DNA from: Macrostomum lignano
Taxonomy: Eukaryota
Length of the DNA stretch: 64,000 bases
Assembly: GCA_002269645.1 (NCBI GenBank)
Contig: NIVC01002830.1
Coordinates: 1-64,000, forward strand
Direction of reading: 5' to 3'
This document shows, piece by piece, positions 53,198 through 64,000 of the stretch (position 1 is its first letter; the number at the start of each line of letters is the position of its first letter). The position numbers and the translations under genes are program-made. The notes below the pieces were generated by a model. That model had not been told where the DNA came from. It ran no database searches and saw nothing but the letters and a program-made list of their open reading frames with translations.

Positions 53198-55706
53198 TGT
53201 ACATTGTATTAGCACGTACATGTCGCTACTCAACTTATGTACGTAAGGCACGCGGCTCAATTGTGCACGTTGCAATCAGATCGCTTCCAAATATATAAAT
53301 ATCGTCTCACCCTACTTGGAGGGTTAAGGCTTTTTCTCGCACGCCACAAATACTGCCTGACTCCTGAGGCTGAACCATGGCCTTCCTACAACTGCCGGCC
53401 CCAGGTAACTTTAGCATTAGAGACGACCCCCACTCCACAAGCAAGCGCTGGCAGGAGTGGTCATCCAACCTTCTACGCTACCTGGCGGCCACGGGCATCA
53501 CAACGAGACACAGAAACGCCAGATCCTCCTATACACGGCAGGCAAAGAAGTAAGCGACCTGTATAGCGAGATCATAACAACAGAGACCGACACAACAGAA
53601 GGCGAACCTACAGTCGAACCCACGGTCGACCAGCTGATCACGCTGCTCACCAAGCGTTTCCAAGGTCGCGACAACATTGTGTTTCTCCGCTACCAATTCC
53701 GCCAGTGCGTGCAGGACGAAGGCGAGTCGATAGACGCCTGGCACAGCAGACTCTGGAGCGCCTCGGAAGCCTGCCAGTTCGAGAGCCTCCGTAATTCGCT
53801 CGTCAGGGACCAAATTGTGGCCAGCTGCCGCAGCGAATCGCTGAGGAAGCGCCGGCTGAACATCCCCAACATCAACCTGGCGGACACCCTCCAACTGGCC
53901 AGGACGCACGAGGCAGCAGAGAAGCAGGCGGCCATCATGTCCAGGACAGCGGCAGCCTCCGAGGAAGTGGCGCAGGTGCGCCGCCAGCGCAACCCGCCGC
54001 CGGAACCGTCGCGCCAGCCGCAGCCATCCGCGAAGTGCATCCGATGCGGCGAGTCGGGCCACAGGAGCTGCAACAGGGCGCAAGGCAAGCGGTGCACTAA
54101 CTGCGGCAAGTTCAACCACCTGGCCAAGGCCTGCCTCAGCCGCTCGAAGATCAACGCGCTACAGCCCGAGCAAGACCAGCCTGTAGACCAGCCAGTCAAC
54201 GAGGAGTTCTGCACGCTCAGCGGAAAGGACGATAGCGCCAAATTCCCCATCAGCTTCAACGGTCAGCAGGTCTGCACACTGATCGACAGCGGAGCAAGCT
54301 GCAACGTACTGGACATGGCGACGTTCCGCAGAATTTGCCGCCGCGGCACGCCACTTGCGCCGTCCAGCACCAGAGTCTTCGCGCTCGGCGCCAGCGAGCC
54401 GCTGGAGGCAGCCGGTCAAACGACGCTCACCGTCAGGACAAACCACCGCGAGCTGCAGGCGAACTTCATTGTCATCCGGAGCAGCTGCACCCCAATCCTC
54501 GGCAGAGCGTCCAGCACGAAGCTCGGTATGCTGAGAGTCGGCCCAGAGGCCTGCACGAACTCGGCGGTGGTGGCCAGCCTGGCCAATCCAGCGAGATGCG
54601 AGGATCAGCACCTGCCCAAGCAGCTACAGCTTGAGAGCATCCTGGCCGACTTCAGCGACCGCTTTAAGGGCATTGGATGCGTGAAGGGCGTCACCATCAC
54701 TATCAAGCTGAGATCAGATGCCAGCCCAGTCTGCCAACCGCCATCCCGAGTGCCAGTGCACCTCAGGGCTGCCGTCATCAAAGAGCTGGAAGAGCAGCTT
54801 GCCGTGGGAATCATCGAGCGGGTGCATGGGCCAACAGCCTGGTGCTCCAGGATGGTCGCGGTCCCGAAGGCCGAGCAGGGAGAGGTGCGCATCACTTAGG
54901 ACCTCCGCGAGGTGAACAAGTACGTCATCCCGGAGAAGCAGCCGATCCCCACATTCGAAGAGGTAACCGACGAAATGGCCGGATCGACGTATTTTTCGGA
55001 GCTGGATGTCGCCAAAGCGTTCCACCAAATTGAAGTCGCCGAGGAGTCCAGGGATCTGCTGACGTTCTCCACGCCAATCGGGCTCCTACGGCTGCGCCGG
55101 CTCTGCATGGGCTACACATCCGCCACCGAGATCCTCCAGCGGGTGATGTCCTCCGTCCTCAGCGGCCTGCCCGGCGTCCGCTGGGTGCACGACGACATCC
55201 TGGTGTATGCAAAGAACATTGAGGAGCACAACCAGCGCCTGCGAGACTGGCTGGCTCGGCTGAAGGCCAGCAACATCACGCTGAACCCCAAAAAGTGCCG
55301 CTTCGCTCAGCGAGAGGTCGATTTCCTCGCCATGCGACTGTCGGCAGTCGGCATTCACCCCAGCACCGAGAAAGTGGCGGCCATCAACAGTTTCAAGCGG
55401 CCGACCAACGCGACCGAGGTCCGCTCGTTCCTCGGCCTCGTCACCTTCGTCGCGCGCTTCATCAGCAACCTGTCCGACCGGGGTCGGCCACTCCGAGAGC
55501 TGACCCGACAGGCCGCCGAGTGGACATGGGGCGAGCAACAGGAGGCCGCGTTCAAGGACATTAAGCAAACGATCGCCAGCAGCGAGGCGCTGGCATTCTT
55601 CAACAGCAAGCTTCCGACCCAGTTAATCGTGGACGCCAGCCCCACAGGCGTCGGCGCCATCCTCGCCCAAGTCCAACCTGACGGATCGACGCGGCCGGTG
55701 GCCTGA
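53198..55706 (+). mobile_element. 3'-truncated Gypsy (K02A2.6-like): short 5' LTR plus degenerate gag-pol
   Basis: LTR-like ~53198-53348; ATG at 53377 (MAFLQLPAPGNF..KRWQEW) with a frameshift; LRYQFRQCVQ; two CCHC-type knuckles; LIDSGASCN (PR); RIT*DLREVN; WVHDDIL (RT); LIVDASPTGVGAIL (RH). Ends abruptly, with no integrase or 3' LTR. Confidence 0.9.
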
Positions 55707-55725
55707 CCCCTGAGTCATTACAACT

Positions 55726-55794
55726 GACAGACAGACAGACAGACAGACAGACACTAAGACACTAAGACACTAAGACAAACACTAAGACAGACAC

Positions 55795-55859
<65 letters not shown>

Positions 55860-55860
55860 G
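55726..55860. repeat. (GACA)n microsatellite with ACTAAGAC variants
   Basis: Direct reading of the sequence. Confidence 0.97.
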
Positions 55861-56407
55861 GCTTTGTGTGTTTAGACAATGGTATCGCATCAAGAATAAA
55901 ATTTAAATGACCAAATGTTTAAAACCAATTATTCGCATATGATTCTGTAGACGATAGAGTTTACCGAATGCAACAGGCGACGAAGAACTTTTTGGATTTT
56001 ATTAGCAGAGAAAGCGAATAATCTTGTGTAATATACTTACAGTTTTAAAATAAAAGTTTGCAAAGAAACTTTGACGAAAAAATCTGATTACCGGAAATGA
56101 ATCGCAGCTCTGTTGCATGAAGTACGAATACTGTATGTTGACAAACGTTTCAGTCGCCAAAAAGAGAATAATAAGGTTGTTAAAAATTTGAAATCTTATC
56201 TTCTGCAGGTTCTTCAAAACATCAATTAAGAAGCAATAAAGGCCTGAATATTAAGCTTTTTAAAGGAATCAGTAAAAGCGATTAGACTACGCACTCGATG
56301 AGGTAAAATGACAGTGTTAGTAGCTAAAAGCGCAAAAATCTTGCGCTAGTAATCTTGTTTTTCTTGCTCAAACAGTCCAATCAAAGTGTTCAAGTTCACT
56401 GATTCTA

Positions 56408-59400
56408 TTAAAACGCCGAGCCTGCTGAAGCCTGTCGACACAGGAGTCCCAGGCCGACAAAGGTTGCGATGAGCATGCAGCCCGCCACCACGCTGCACCA
56501 GATGATGAGCCTATTGAAGTTGTCGGAGCTCGAGAAGCTGGTCCCTGTGGTGCCGGACTCAGCTGGTACAGCGTAGAACTTCCTGCAGCCGTTCAGAGTG
56601 CAAACTGCCAACTCGCTGCCCGAGCCGGAGCAGCTCGACCCGGTGCCGACCGCTGCGGGACAGCCGCAGGTTCGGCTGCGCGACATTGTGCCGCTGTTGG
56701 CGAGTCCAGCCTCCCAGCTGCCCCAGCTGCACCAACCGCCGTCAACTCTGGACGTTGTGGTCGTCTGGCAGGAGCTCACGTTGCAGGGGAAGTCCTCACT
56801 AGAGATGCCGGTGCAGTTGTAGCCGATCTCGTTCGGAGCCGAACAGTTGCACAAGCGAGTTCTGCAAAATGTTTTTTTATTCCGTCATGATTGAAACGCC
56901 TACACGATCTACACTTCATAGGAAGTTTGAATTTGAAGTCACTATAATAGAGCACACCTGGCCTAAGGGATTTTTAGACTGCAAGTTAACAAACAGCTCA
57001 CCTGGTAAGAACACCGTAGCCACTAGTCAGGCTACTCCACGCGCACCAGCTGCCGTTCACTTGAGTCAGCGAGTCTGTTGAACTGCCAGGGCAGCTGGCA
57101 CCGGTATAGGCGGCCGCCGGGCAACTGCAGTTTCGAGTCCTAGAGCCGACGCCCGCTGTCACCGTGTACGCGCTCCAAGCGCACCAGCCACCGTCAACGA
57201 CGGCGCCAGTGTCATTTGAAGAACCTTGACAGGTGATCCCGCCGTAAGCTTCGGCGGAACAGGCGCAAGTTCTTAGTCGGGTAGCGTAGCCAGAATTGAC
57301 AGTGTAGCTGCTCCAGGCGCACCAGGTGCCATTTACCGCCAGTCCAGTGTCGTTGCTGGTACCGGTACAGTCAAGTCCCGTGTAAGCCGGAGCGCTGCAG
57401 TTGCACTCTCTGGTTCGAGTTCCGTAGGCTCCGTTGACCGTGTAGCTGCTCCAGGCGCACCAGTTGCCGTCAACAATCAGTCCAGTATCGTTGCCAGACC
57501 CGGAGCAGGTGGCTGTACCACCGTAAGCGGATGAAGGACAGGCGCATGTCCTTAGTCGAGTTGCGTAGGCACCTGATGTAGTGTAGCTGCTCCAGGCGCA
57601 CCAGCTGGCGTTCACCGCTAGGCCTGTGTCGTTGCTGGTACCGGTACAGTCAAGTCCCGTGTAGGCTGGAGCGCTGCAGTTGCACTCTCTGGTTCGAGTT
57701 CCGTAGGCTCCGTTTACCGTGTAGCTGCTCCAGGCGCACCAGTTGCCGTCAACAATCAGTCCAGTATCGTTGCCAGAACCGGAGCAGGTAGCTGTACCAC
57801 CGTAAGCCGCTGATGGACAGGAGCAATTCCTCAGTCTAGTTGCATAGGCCCCAGAAGTTGTGTAGCTGCTCCAGGAGCACCAGGATGCGTTTACAACCAG
57901 GCCTGTGTCATTTCCGCTTCCAGGACAGTCGAGACCACCAAAGGCGGGGGCGCTGCAGTTGCACTCTCTGGTTCGCGTTCCGTAGGCCCCGCTGACGGTG
58001 TAGCTGCTCCAAGAACACCAAGTGCCGTTCACCGTGGTACCCGTTTCGGAACTGTTGCCGGCGCAGGTTGTGCCGCTTCCCGCTGGTGCAGGACAGTTGC
58101 AGGTACGAGTACGAGTGGCAGTAGTACCCGAGTATGTGTAAGTAGACCAAGCGCACCATTCTCCGTTTACGTTAGTGGCAGGGTCCTCGCATGGTAGCGA
58201 CAGACTAGCCAGCTCTGAACTCGACAACTGTTCAAAACGCCATGTTGAGGAACTGCCACTGTTAATTTTTGCCACTTCATTGCCACTTAAGGTATCTCTC
58301 GTTAAGTAGTGACCGCTTGTACTGTTCCAGGTTGACTGGACAGTGTACACTCCAGAAGTTGCTGTTGCCTTGATGTTCCAGAACTCCCGCTCGATGGTAA
58401 CGTAGTCATAAACGACGTCGGACGTGTCGGTGGTGACGGAAATAAAATTTGTGGCGCAGGGCAGTGGAATGCGCAAGATAAAGTACCCGTTGCCCTGGGG
58501 CATCACTTCGAATACGGTTGTTGCAGTCGAGCTCAGCACCATTCGTGGAGAGCCGAACGTGCCCAGAGGAACACTACCACCTGCTTGGGTGAGTGACATG
58601 TTACAGTAGGTGCCGCCGCTACCACACCCATCATTCAAGTAGATGCGATAGAAGCCCCAGTTCATAGCTAGGCCGGTGTAGGTTCGGTACTTCCTGTAAT
58701 ACGGACAGACCCGGGTCATCTTGTTGGGCTGGTAGTACTGATCTGTTGAGCACCAGATTAAGTACCAACGGGTAGCATCTACTGTTGTGCAGTCATCGTA
58801 GCACTTCTCCTTATAGTAGAAAGGAAATGTGCAGTTTCCATATTGGTCAGTTTGCAGTGTGCCAGAGATAGAATAGTTGCCAACCTGTGGCGGAATGTAG
58901 TAGGTTGTGGCCGAACTAAGAGACGCGCAGCTGGGATCGTTCTTTCCGGCGAAGGTGTACCGACAGTGCTTGTAGTTCGAGCTAACGTGCTCCGCTACGT
59001 CTGTAGTTGCGCACCAGGGCTCCGTGGCTGAGGTAACGCAGTCGTAGTGGCAGGCTCCGTTGTAGAGAAATGGAAAGTAGCAGCTGGTGCCGCTGCCGGA
59101 GCCGCCGTAGAGCAACGGCTCAGCCGAGGTTGTCGCCGAACCCAAAGCGCTGCAGTTGGTCTTGGCCAAGTCGCTCAGCCTGAACTTGCAGTAGTTCCAC
59201 ATCGAATCTAGGCCATAGTTGCAGCTAGTTGCACACCAGTAGTTGCAGTATCCCGAGGCGTCACAGTAGGGCGAGGTCAGCGGATCCCCTGAAGTGTCGC
59301 CTATGCAATCATTGTACGTCGTGCCGCTGTATTCGAATGGGAAAAAGCAAAGCGTTCCAGAAGTGCCCGTCTGGCCCGGGTCCAGTTTTATCTGAGTTGT

Positions 59401-59496
59401 ATTTTTCGACCCGACGGGATCGCAGGTGGCATCGATCCTCGACCAGGCCAGACTCGTAACAAAAAGTGCAATTACGCAGTAAAAATAGTGAGGCAT
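56408..59496 (-). CDS. Type I membrane protein: signal peptide, 3 x FN2, beta-trefoil-like module, 10 x TSP1, TM, short tail (~982 aa, 2 exons)
   Basis: Exon 59496-57002, GTGAG...GCAG intron 57001-56862, exon 56861-56408; total 2949 nt, in frame (TR|TRLC). SP MPHYFYCVIALFVTSLAWS; FN2 C-x-FPF-x-Y...Y-x-DC...WC-x-T three times; WxxWS...RxRxC ten times; TM LIIWCSVVAGCMLIATFVGLGLL. Further exons cannot be excluded. Confidence 0.85.
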
Positions 59497-61277
59497 GCTG
59501 ATGGCTGAGGAAAGCGGTGCAGCTGCGATTTTGAGTGAGAGGTACGGCTTGGAGCTGTAGGCGAGGGCGCTCGCTTTTATCCTGTCAGATGACAGCAGCC
59601 GGGGGTTGGGCAGAGACGTCAGAAGTGAATCGCAATGAGACTTAGTTAGAAAAAATGAGCGGGGCATTCACAGTTTTCTAAACTTTTAACGAAAAGAAAC
59701 CGCCCCTCACTCCACCAGCTTGAAGAGCCCAAGGCGATGCACTGAATTGCATTGTGCGACTTGAGCCTTCCAATAAAAAGGAGGCCTTTGACAGCGTAAT
59801 TAATTTAGAGAGCTTATTTTGGCCTCTGGAGTCCAGCTGCGAAAGGCATTGTATCGCTACGGGGGGGGGGTGTTAACAGCTGCCTACAAGCATTGAAGAG
59901 CCTCGAAGCGTTTCGCACCGGCTCATGGAGATGGAGAGGCGACAAGAGCCGCTAAAAGGTGTTGGCAGTGAATCCAAAGGCTACACACAATGCACAGCTC
60001 TTGTCGCCTCAACACTAAGCTCCACCCGCTAAGCAGCCTCTTAAATGCAAACTATATCGCTAGCTGTTTATACTGGCCCAGCGGGGTGACAATTTTTGTG
60101 GCATTTTGATGCCCCGCTATTGTTGGAAAGGCCAGGATCGCGAGAGGGTGCATGGTTGTGGCGTTCGAAATACAAAAAAATGATTAAGAATTTCTGACAG
60201 CAGCTGAGGCCTCAGCAGAGCATTTCGCTTCTTTTCAACAAGCTTTAAATTTTACAGCATCGCCAGTTTTCTGTTGTAGCAACAGGCGGAGGGGTTGTTC
60301 GTTGCCCCGTAAGCTACAATCGCAGTAAAGAAGCAGTCCTGAGCTGCACTCATTCCAGTTTTTATCTAGGGTGAGAATTGCATTACAATTCGCAAACTGC
60401 AGAAATCTGGATCTTTAGTCGAGGTGCTACTGACTAAATGCAATTAGCAAAATATTGTTTTTATAAGACCTCATCAGCAGCTGCCAGCCAGACAAGTGGC
60501 ATCGTCATGCATTCAATTTGTTCTGTATTCGCTAGGAGCAAAGCATCAAACCCTTTCGTGTGGAACTTAACTATACAGAAGAGTAGAGGCAGAATTTTGT
60601 TGGCATGTTTCATTTTATGACAGAGTAACATGCACATTTGGGGCATGTCTTTAAAGCTAGCTGTTTACTTTCAGTAACATGTGAATGTACATGCATTTAT
60701 ATAAGTATAAAATATGAATTTACGTGAGAAAGAGGGACAGGGGCCGCGGACCCCAAGTCGAAAGAGGCAACCAATTAGATTGACGAATGACAAGAATTCA
60801 AATTTTGCTACAGTCTTTGGGTGCAGTTGTTACACATGAAGCTTCACTACAGTGTTGTAAAAGTGTGTAAATAATAAATAGAAGGTCGCAGTTTTAATTG
60901 TACATTAATAATTATTTCAAACAAATATTTAATTGAGGTCAAGTTGGCTGCGAAATGTTCTCAAAGCTGAAAATTACCCGTTCTTTCCATCGAATGTGTA
61001 ACCCTCTCTCCCAGGTAACTCGATCTTTTCTTCCTGGTGGCTCATGAGAGCAATATTTTAGTCTGCACCCCCTCCCTCCCATGCCACACTCTCGTTTGAA
61101 ACTAGACTATCGTTTAGACCACTCGGACCCAGATTCCAAGAATACGAGAGAACCCTAAGTGTAAGCTGTAAGCCGAGGCTTTCCCGACCCGATCAAGCTC
61201 CTCTCCCAACTAGCCACCTAATCAATCTACTTCACACTTATTAATAATAGTCATCTCTTGTTTGCATCGTAACTACT

Positions 61278-61278
<1 letters not shown>

Positions 61279-61328
<50 letters not shown>

Positions 61329-61348
61329 TAATAATAATAATAATAATA
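61279..61348. repeat. (TAA)n microsatellite
   Basis: Direct reading of the sequence. Confidence 0.95.
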
Positions 61349-61351
61349 TTA

Positions 61352-62427
61352 TGTTGGAGGGGTAATTAATTATTATAAACTATTCCACCGATGTCACCAA
61401 GTTGTCGTAGGCCTCTTTACTGTTATTGAATATTATCTCACTGTGCCACCAAGTTGTTGGAGGTAATTCTTATGCCTATTCACAATTTCACTGCTATTAC
61501 CAAGTTGTGCTGGGGTGAAATTCGCTATAATTCTAGAATTTCATAAATTAGCTATTCCGCCTATTCGATGTGTTATAAGTTACTAAAATATTGGGTCATG
61601 GGGTTAGGATTATGGGCTTTCACGTAAGCACGGATTGCCCTGGTAGCGCGCAGTGCCCGAGCGGCAAGACACTGTTTAGCTAGGAAAAGGGGGGGGGTGA
61701 CTAAGTCCTAAAGCAGCGTCCTCCAATGGATCGAGGTTGCCCGGTGAATTTCAGTTTCCTCTTACGGATTTGCTTTTGTCATATACGACTTCCCATTGGT
61801 TGTTCAGTTCGAATATTTCTATTGGGATATTTCTCCCTCTCCAATTGGCTCTCTACGCCTTTACTGTTCGCGGTTCCGCTATTGGCTTTTAGACTGATCG
61901 TCTTGAGCTTTCGGTAATTTTTACCTGGCCAATGAGCATTCGCTCTTTATTCTTGGCAAATAAGGAAGGCTTTAGCAAGATTCGCTTATTCAGTTTGTTA
62001 GGCAAATATCCTTGAACCAAAGCGGTTGCCTCTCTGGGCGCTGAATTCCCTTTTATTTATACGAAAAATTGGGGTGGGGACGGGTGCATTCAAACAAAAT
62101 TCTACAAACTTCGCGGTTACTAAAAAAACGGCGGGGATTCAAAACTTGGCCTCTCTCAATTAATAATAATAATAACTCTACTCGGCCTAGTGCCATTTAA
62201 TTAATTAATTAGCAATTAATTTGTGTTAAACGGTGTCTTAAGCCTTCGTGAGCTCGGAAGAATTTATTTGCCCTCGGCCGGTGGTCTAACTAAGAGAAGT
62301 TCTAGGGCAGATTCGAGTAAATTGAGCTTTTCTCCGCGAATTACCGCGGTGGTTGGCAGCGAACTACTACTTTTAGTACAACACTCAGCAAATCTCAGTT
62401 TATCTTAAGTTCTCCATAGCGGTTACA
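61352..62427 (-). mobile_element. Diverged LTR related to the 15557-25121 Gypsy LTR, minus strand
   Basis: Minus strand ends TTACCCCTCCAACA (cf. TTACCCCTACAACA), shares GTGTCTTGCCGCTCGG (16328-16343 versus 61657-61672 rc) at a similar distance from the end, and has a plausible TGTAAC start at 62427. Length ~1.08 kb. No TSD found. Confidence 0.55.
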
Positions 62428-64000
62428 TTTCTGCATTTCGGCATTCTGAGAGACGGCATCAAGTAGACCGCTCAGCCACGACCACATCTACCCTCCCCCT
62501 GAGCCTGAGGAACTCAGCAGCCGAAGCTTCCCTTTATTTTGCACCCCGCGACTTGATCGAGTTTGTTTAAATCGCAAGACTAGCGCCGATTCGAACGGCC
62601 AAAACCGAAGTCTTCGAGGTCGACATGCAGATTTCGCCCAAGAAATTTTATGTCAAACCTCGTCCTTACAAACTCACTGTGCTGAATAAGTCTGTGCTGA
62701 CTGCTGCTGTAAATTGCAGATCCCTGTTCCAACAGACCCTGCGTGGTCCCGACGCCCAACGAGTCTAAAGTCAATCACTTTCACACCAATTTAGCCTCGC
62801 TGCCACCTGCCACTGCACCACACCACATGATGTGATTCATCATGGCACAACTTGGCAAGTTGCCATGAAAAATGACAATGACCGATTGGCGATTGACCAT
62901 TATGATGGCATTAGTGTTGCATTAAAGTGTAGAATCCAAAGCCGAAAAGTAGCAAATAATGGAAATAAAATTACAAGTTAAACAATTCAAGTCATAAATA
63001 AGTCAAACTAATCTAACCACCCTAACCAGTAGGCCATCGCTGCTATAACCTTGTTTTTAGCTTTACCTTTAAATATGTAAAAATGTAAATTTAGGTTTAT
63101 TAGTTCAGCTTAAATTAAATAATTTATTTTTTAACTATTTAATTTTTTATATTTAATTTAATTTATTTATTTTTTATCTTTAAGCTTCTTTACAATAAAC
63201 CTTCCTTCTTTACATTTGCTAGCGCTAGCCTAGGCCTAGCAAATGAGCTATTAAATCATATGATTAATGCACAAAATAATTAAATTTGATATATTATAAA
63301 TTATAATATTTGCTTTTATTTTTCATAACAATACCCATAAGGCATAAGCCTTTATTTACAGGACTTATTTAGAAAGGCCAAATCAAAACCACTAAGGTTA
63401 TAAGTAAAGATATATAGGCCAAGGACAAGGTATCTTAGTTATTTATTTCTCATTGAAAACAATGAGAATAAATTGACTATAAAAGCATTTTATAGTTTTT
63501 ATTTTTTGCATTTTCTTTTTTTGTCTACTAATCTATCTCAGAATCTGTCTATTTAAATTTAATTAAAAATCTAAAATATAATGTCATAACCTTTTAGACC
63601 TTTTAGAAACTAAAAATTCTGAAGACTGTCCCAAAGGTACTAAGGTAATGTTCATTTTTATTATATCTCTTGTTCTAATGATCCAAATAATATCATTTTG
63701 CATAATATTATAGTGGCAACTCTCTTCTTTAATATTTATATTAACTTCAAAATCTTTAAAAACAGACAATGGAAACAAAAGTTATTAACAAAGATGTAAC
63801 ACAAACTTGGCTATAGACTTCTGACAATTTAACAAGCTAGTAGAAATTAGCAAAAGTACCTTTGATTGAATGCACTTTAAGTTCTTTATTAGGCTGCTGT
63901 GATAAAAAGATATCTATGGATAAACTTGAATAAACATAAAACTTAAAGCAATAGAATATTTCCCACTAGGCTTCATCTTCATTGCTTCTTTGTTCCCTCC

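Noticed and set aside
59700-60400. Possible degenerate DNA-transposase remnant upstream of the FN2-TSP1 gene
   Set aside because: No catalytic motif or TIR pair could be identified.
61620-61680. tRNA/SINE-like GC-rich stretch
   Set aside because: No cloverleaf or A/B boxes; it matches the Gypsy LTR segment 16328-16343 in reverse.

Overview
Eukaryotic (animal-type, GT-AG introns) DNA; the host taxon cannot be fixed from sequence alone. The window is a nested transposon mosaic with two host-type genes at the right end. Left to right: (1) a decayed Polinton/Maverick remnant (A32-type packaging ATPase plus three accessory pseudo-ORFs, ~5.5-8.0 kb); (2) MULE-1 (~7989-14975), a foldback Mutator-like element with 167-bp tandem-repeat arms whose spliced DDE+SWIM transposase is joined in frame to a complete USP (C19) deubiquitinase domain, with a Gypsy integrase/LTR fragment inside; (3) a near-intact 9.6-kb Gypsy retrotransposon (15557-25121; 1047-bp LTRs differing at 6 sites, tRNA-Leu PBS, G GGA AAC slippery site, gag, pol and an intact non-env third ORF); (4) MULE-2 (26684-36325), a NOF/Rehavkus-like foldback element with 171-bp tandem-repeat arms and a transposase-Ulp1-PHD protein, with a solo LTR in its left arm; (5) MULE-3 (37099-45652), with ~690-bp TIRs and a NOF-like transposase whose C-terminal Cys-box is cut by a 5'-truncated RNase H LINE; (6) a TTAA-flanked 1.2-kb near-perfect palindrome; (7) a PAN/C-type lectin gene with one internal stop; (8) a truncated Gypsy between (GACA)n arrays; (9) an intact-looking two-exon gene for a SP-FN2x3-beta-trefoil-like-TSP1x10-TM protein; (10) LTR fragments. 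The most novel-looking signals are the MULE transposase-USP fusion, the three neighbouring foldback MULEs each carrying a ubiquitin-like-protease module, the satellite-sized repeat arms, and the Gypsy ORF3. All domain calls come from motifs read by eye, not from database searches.
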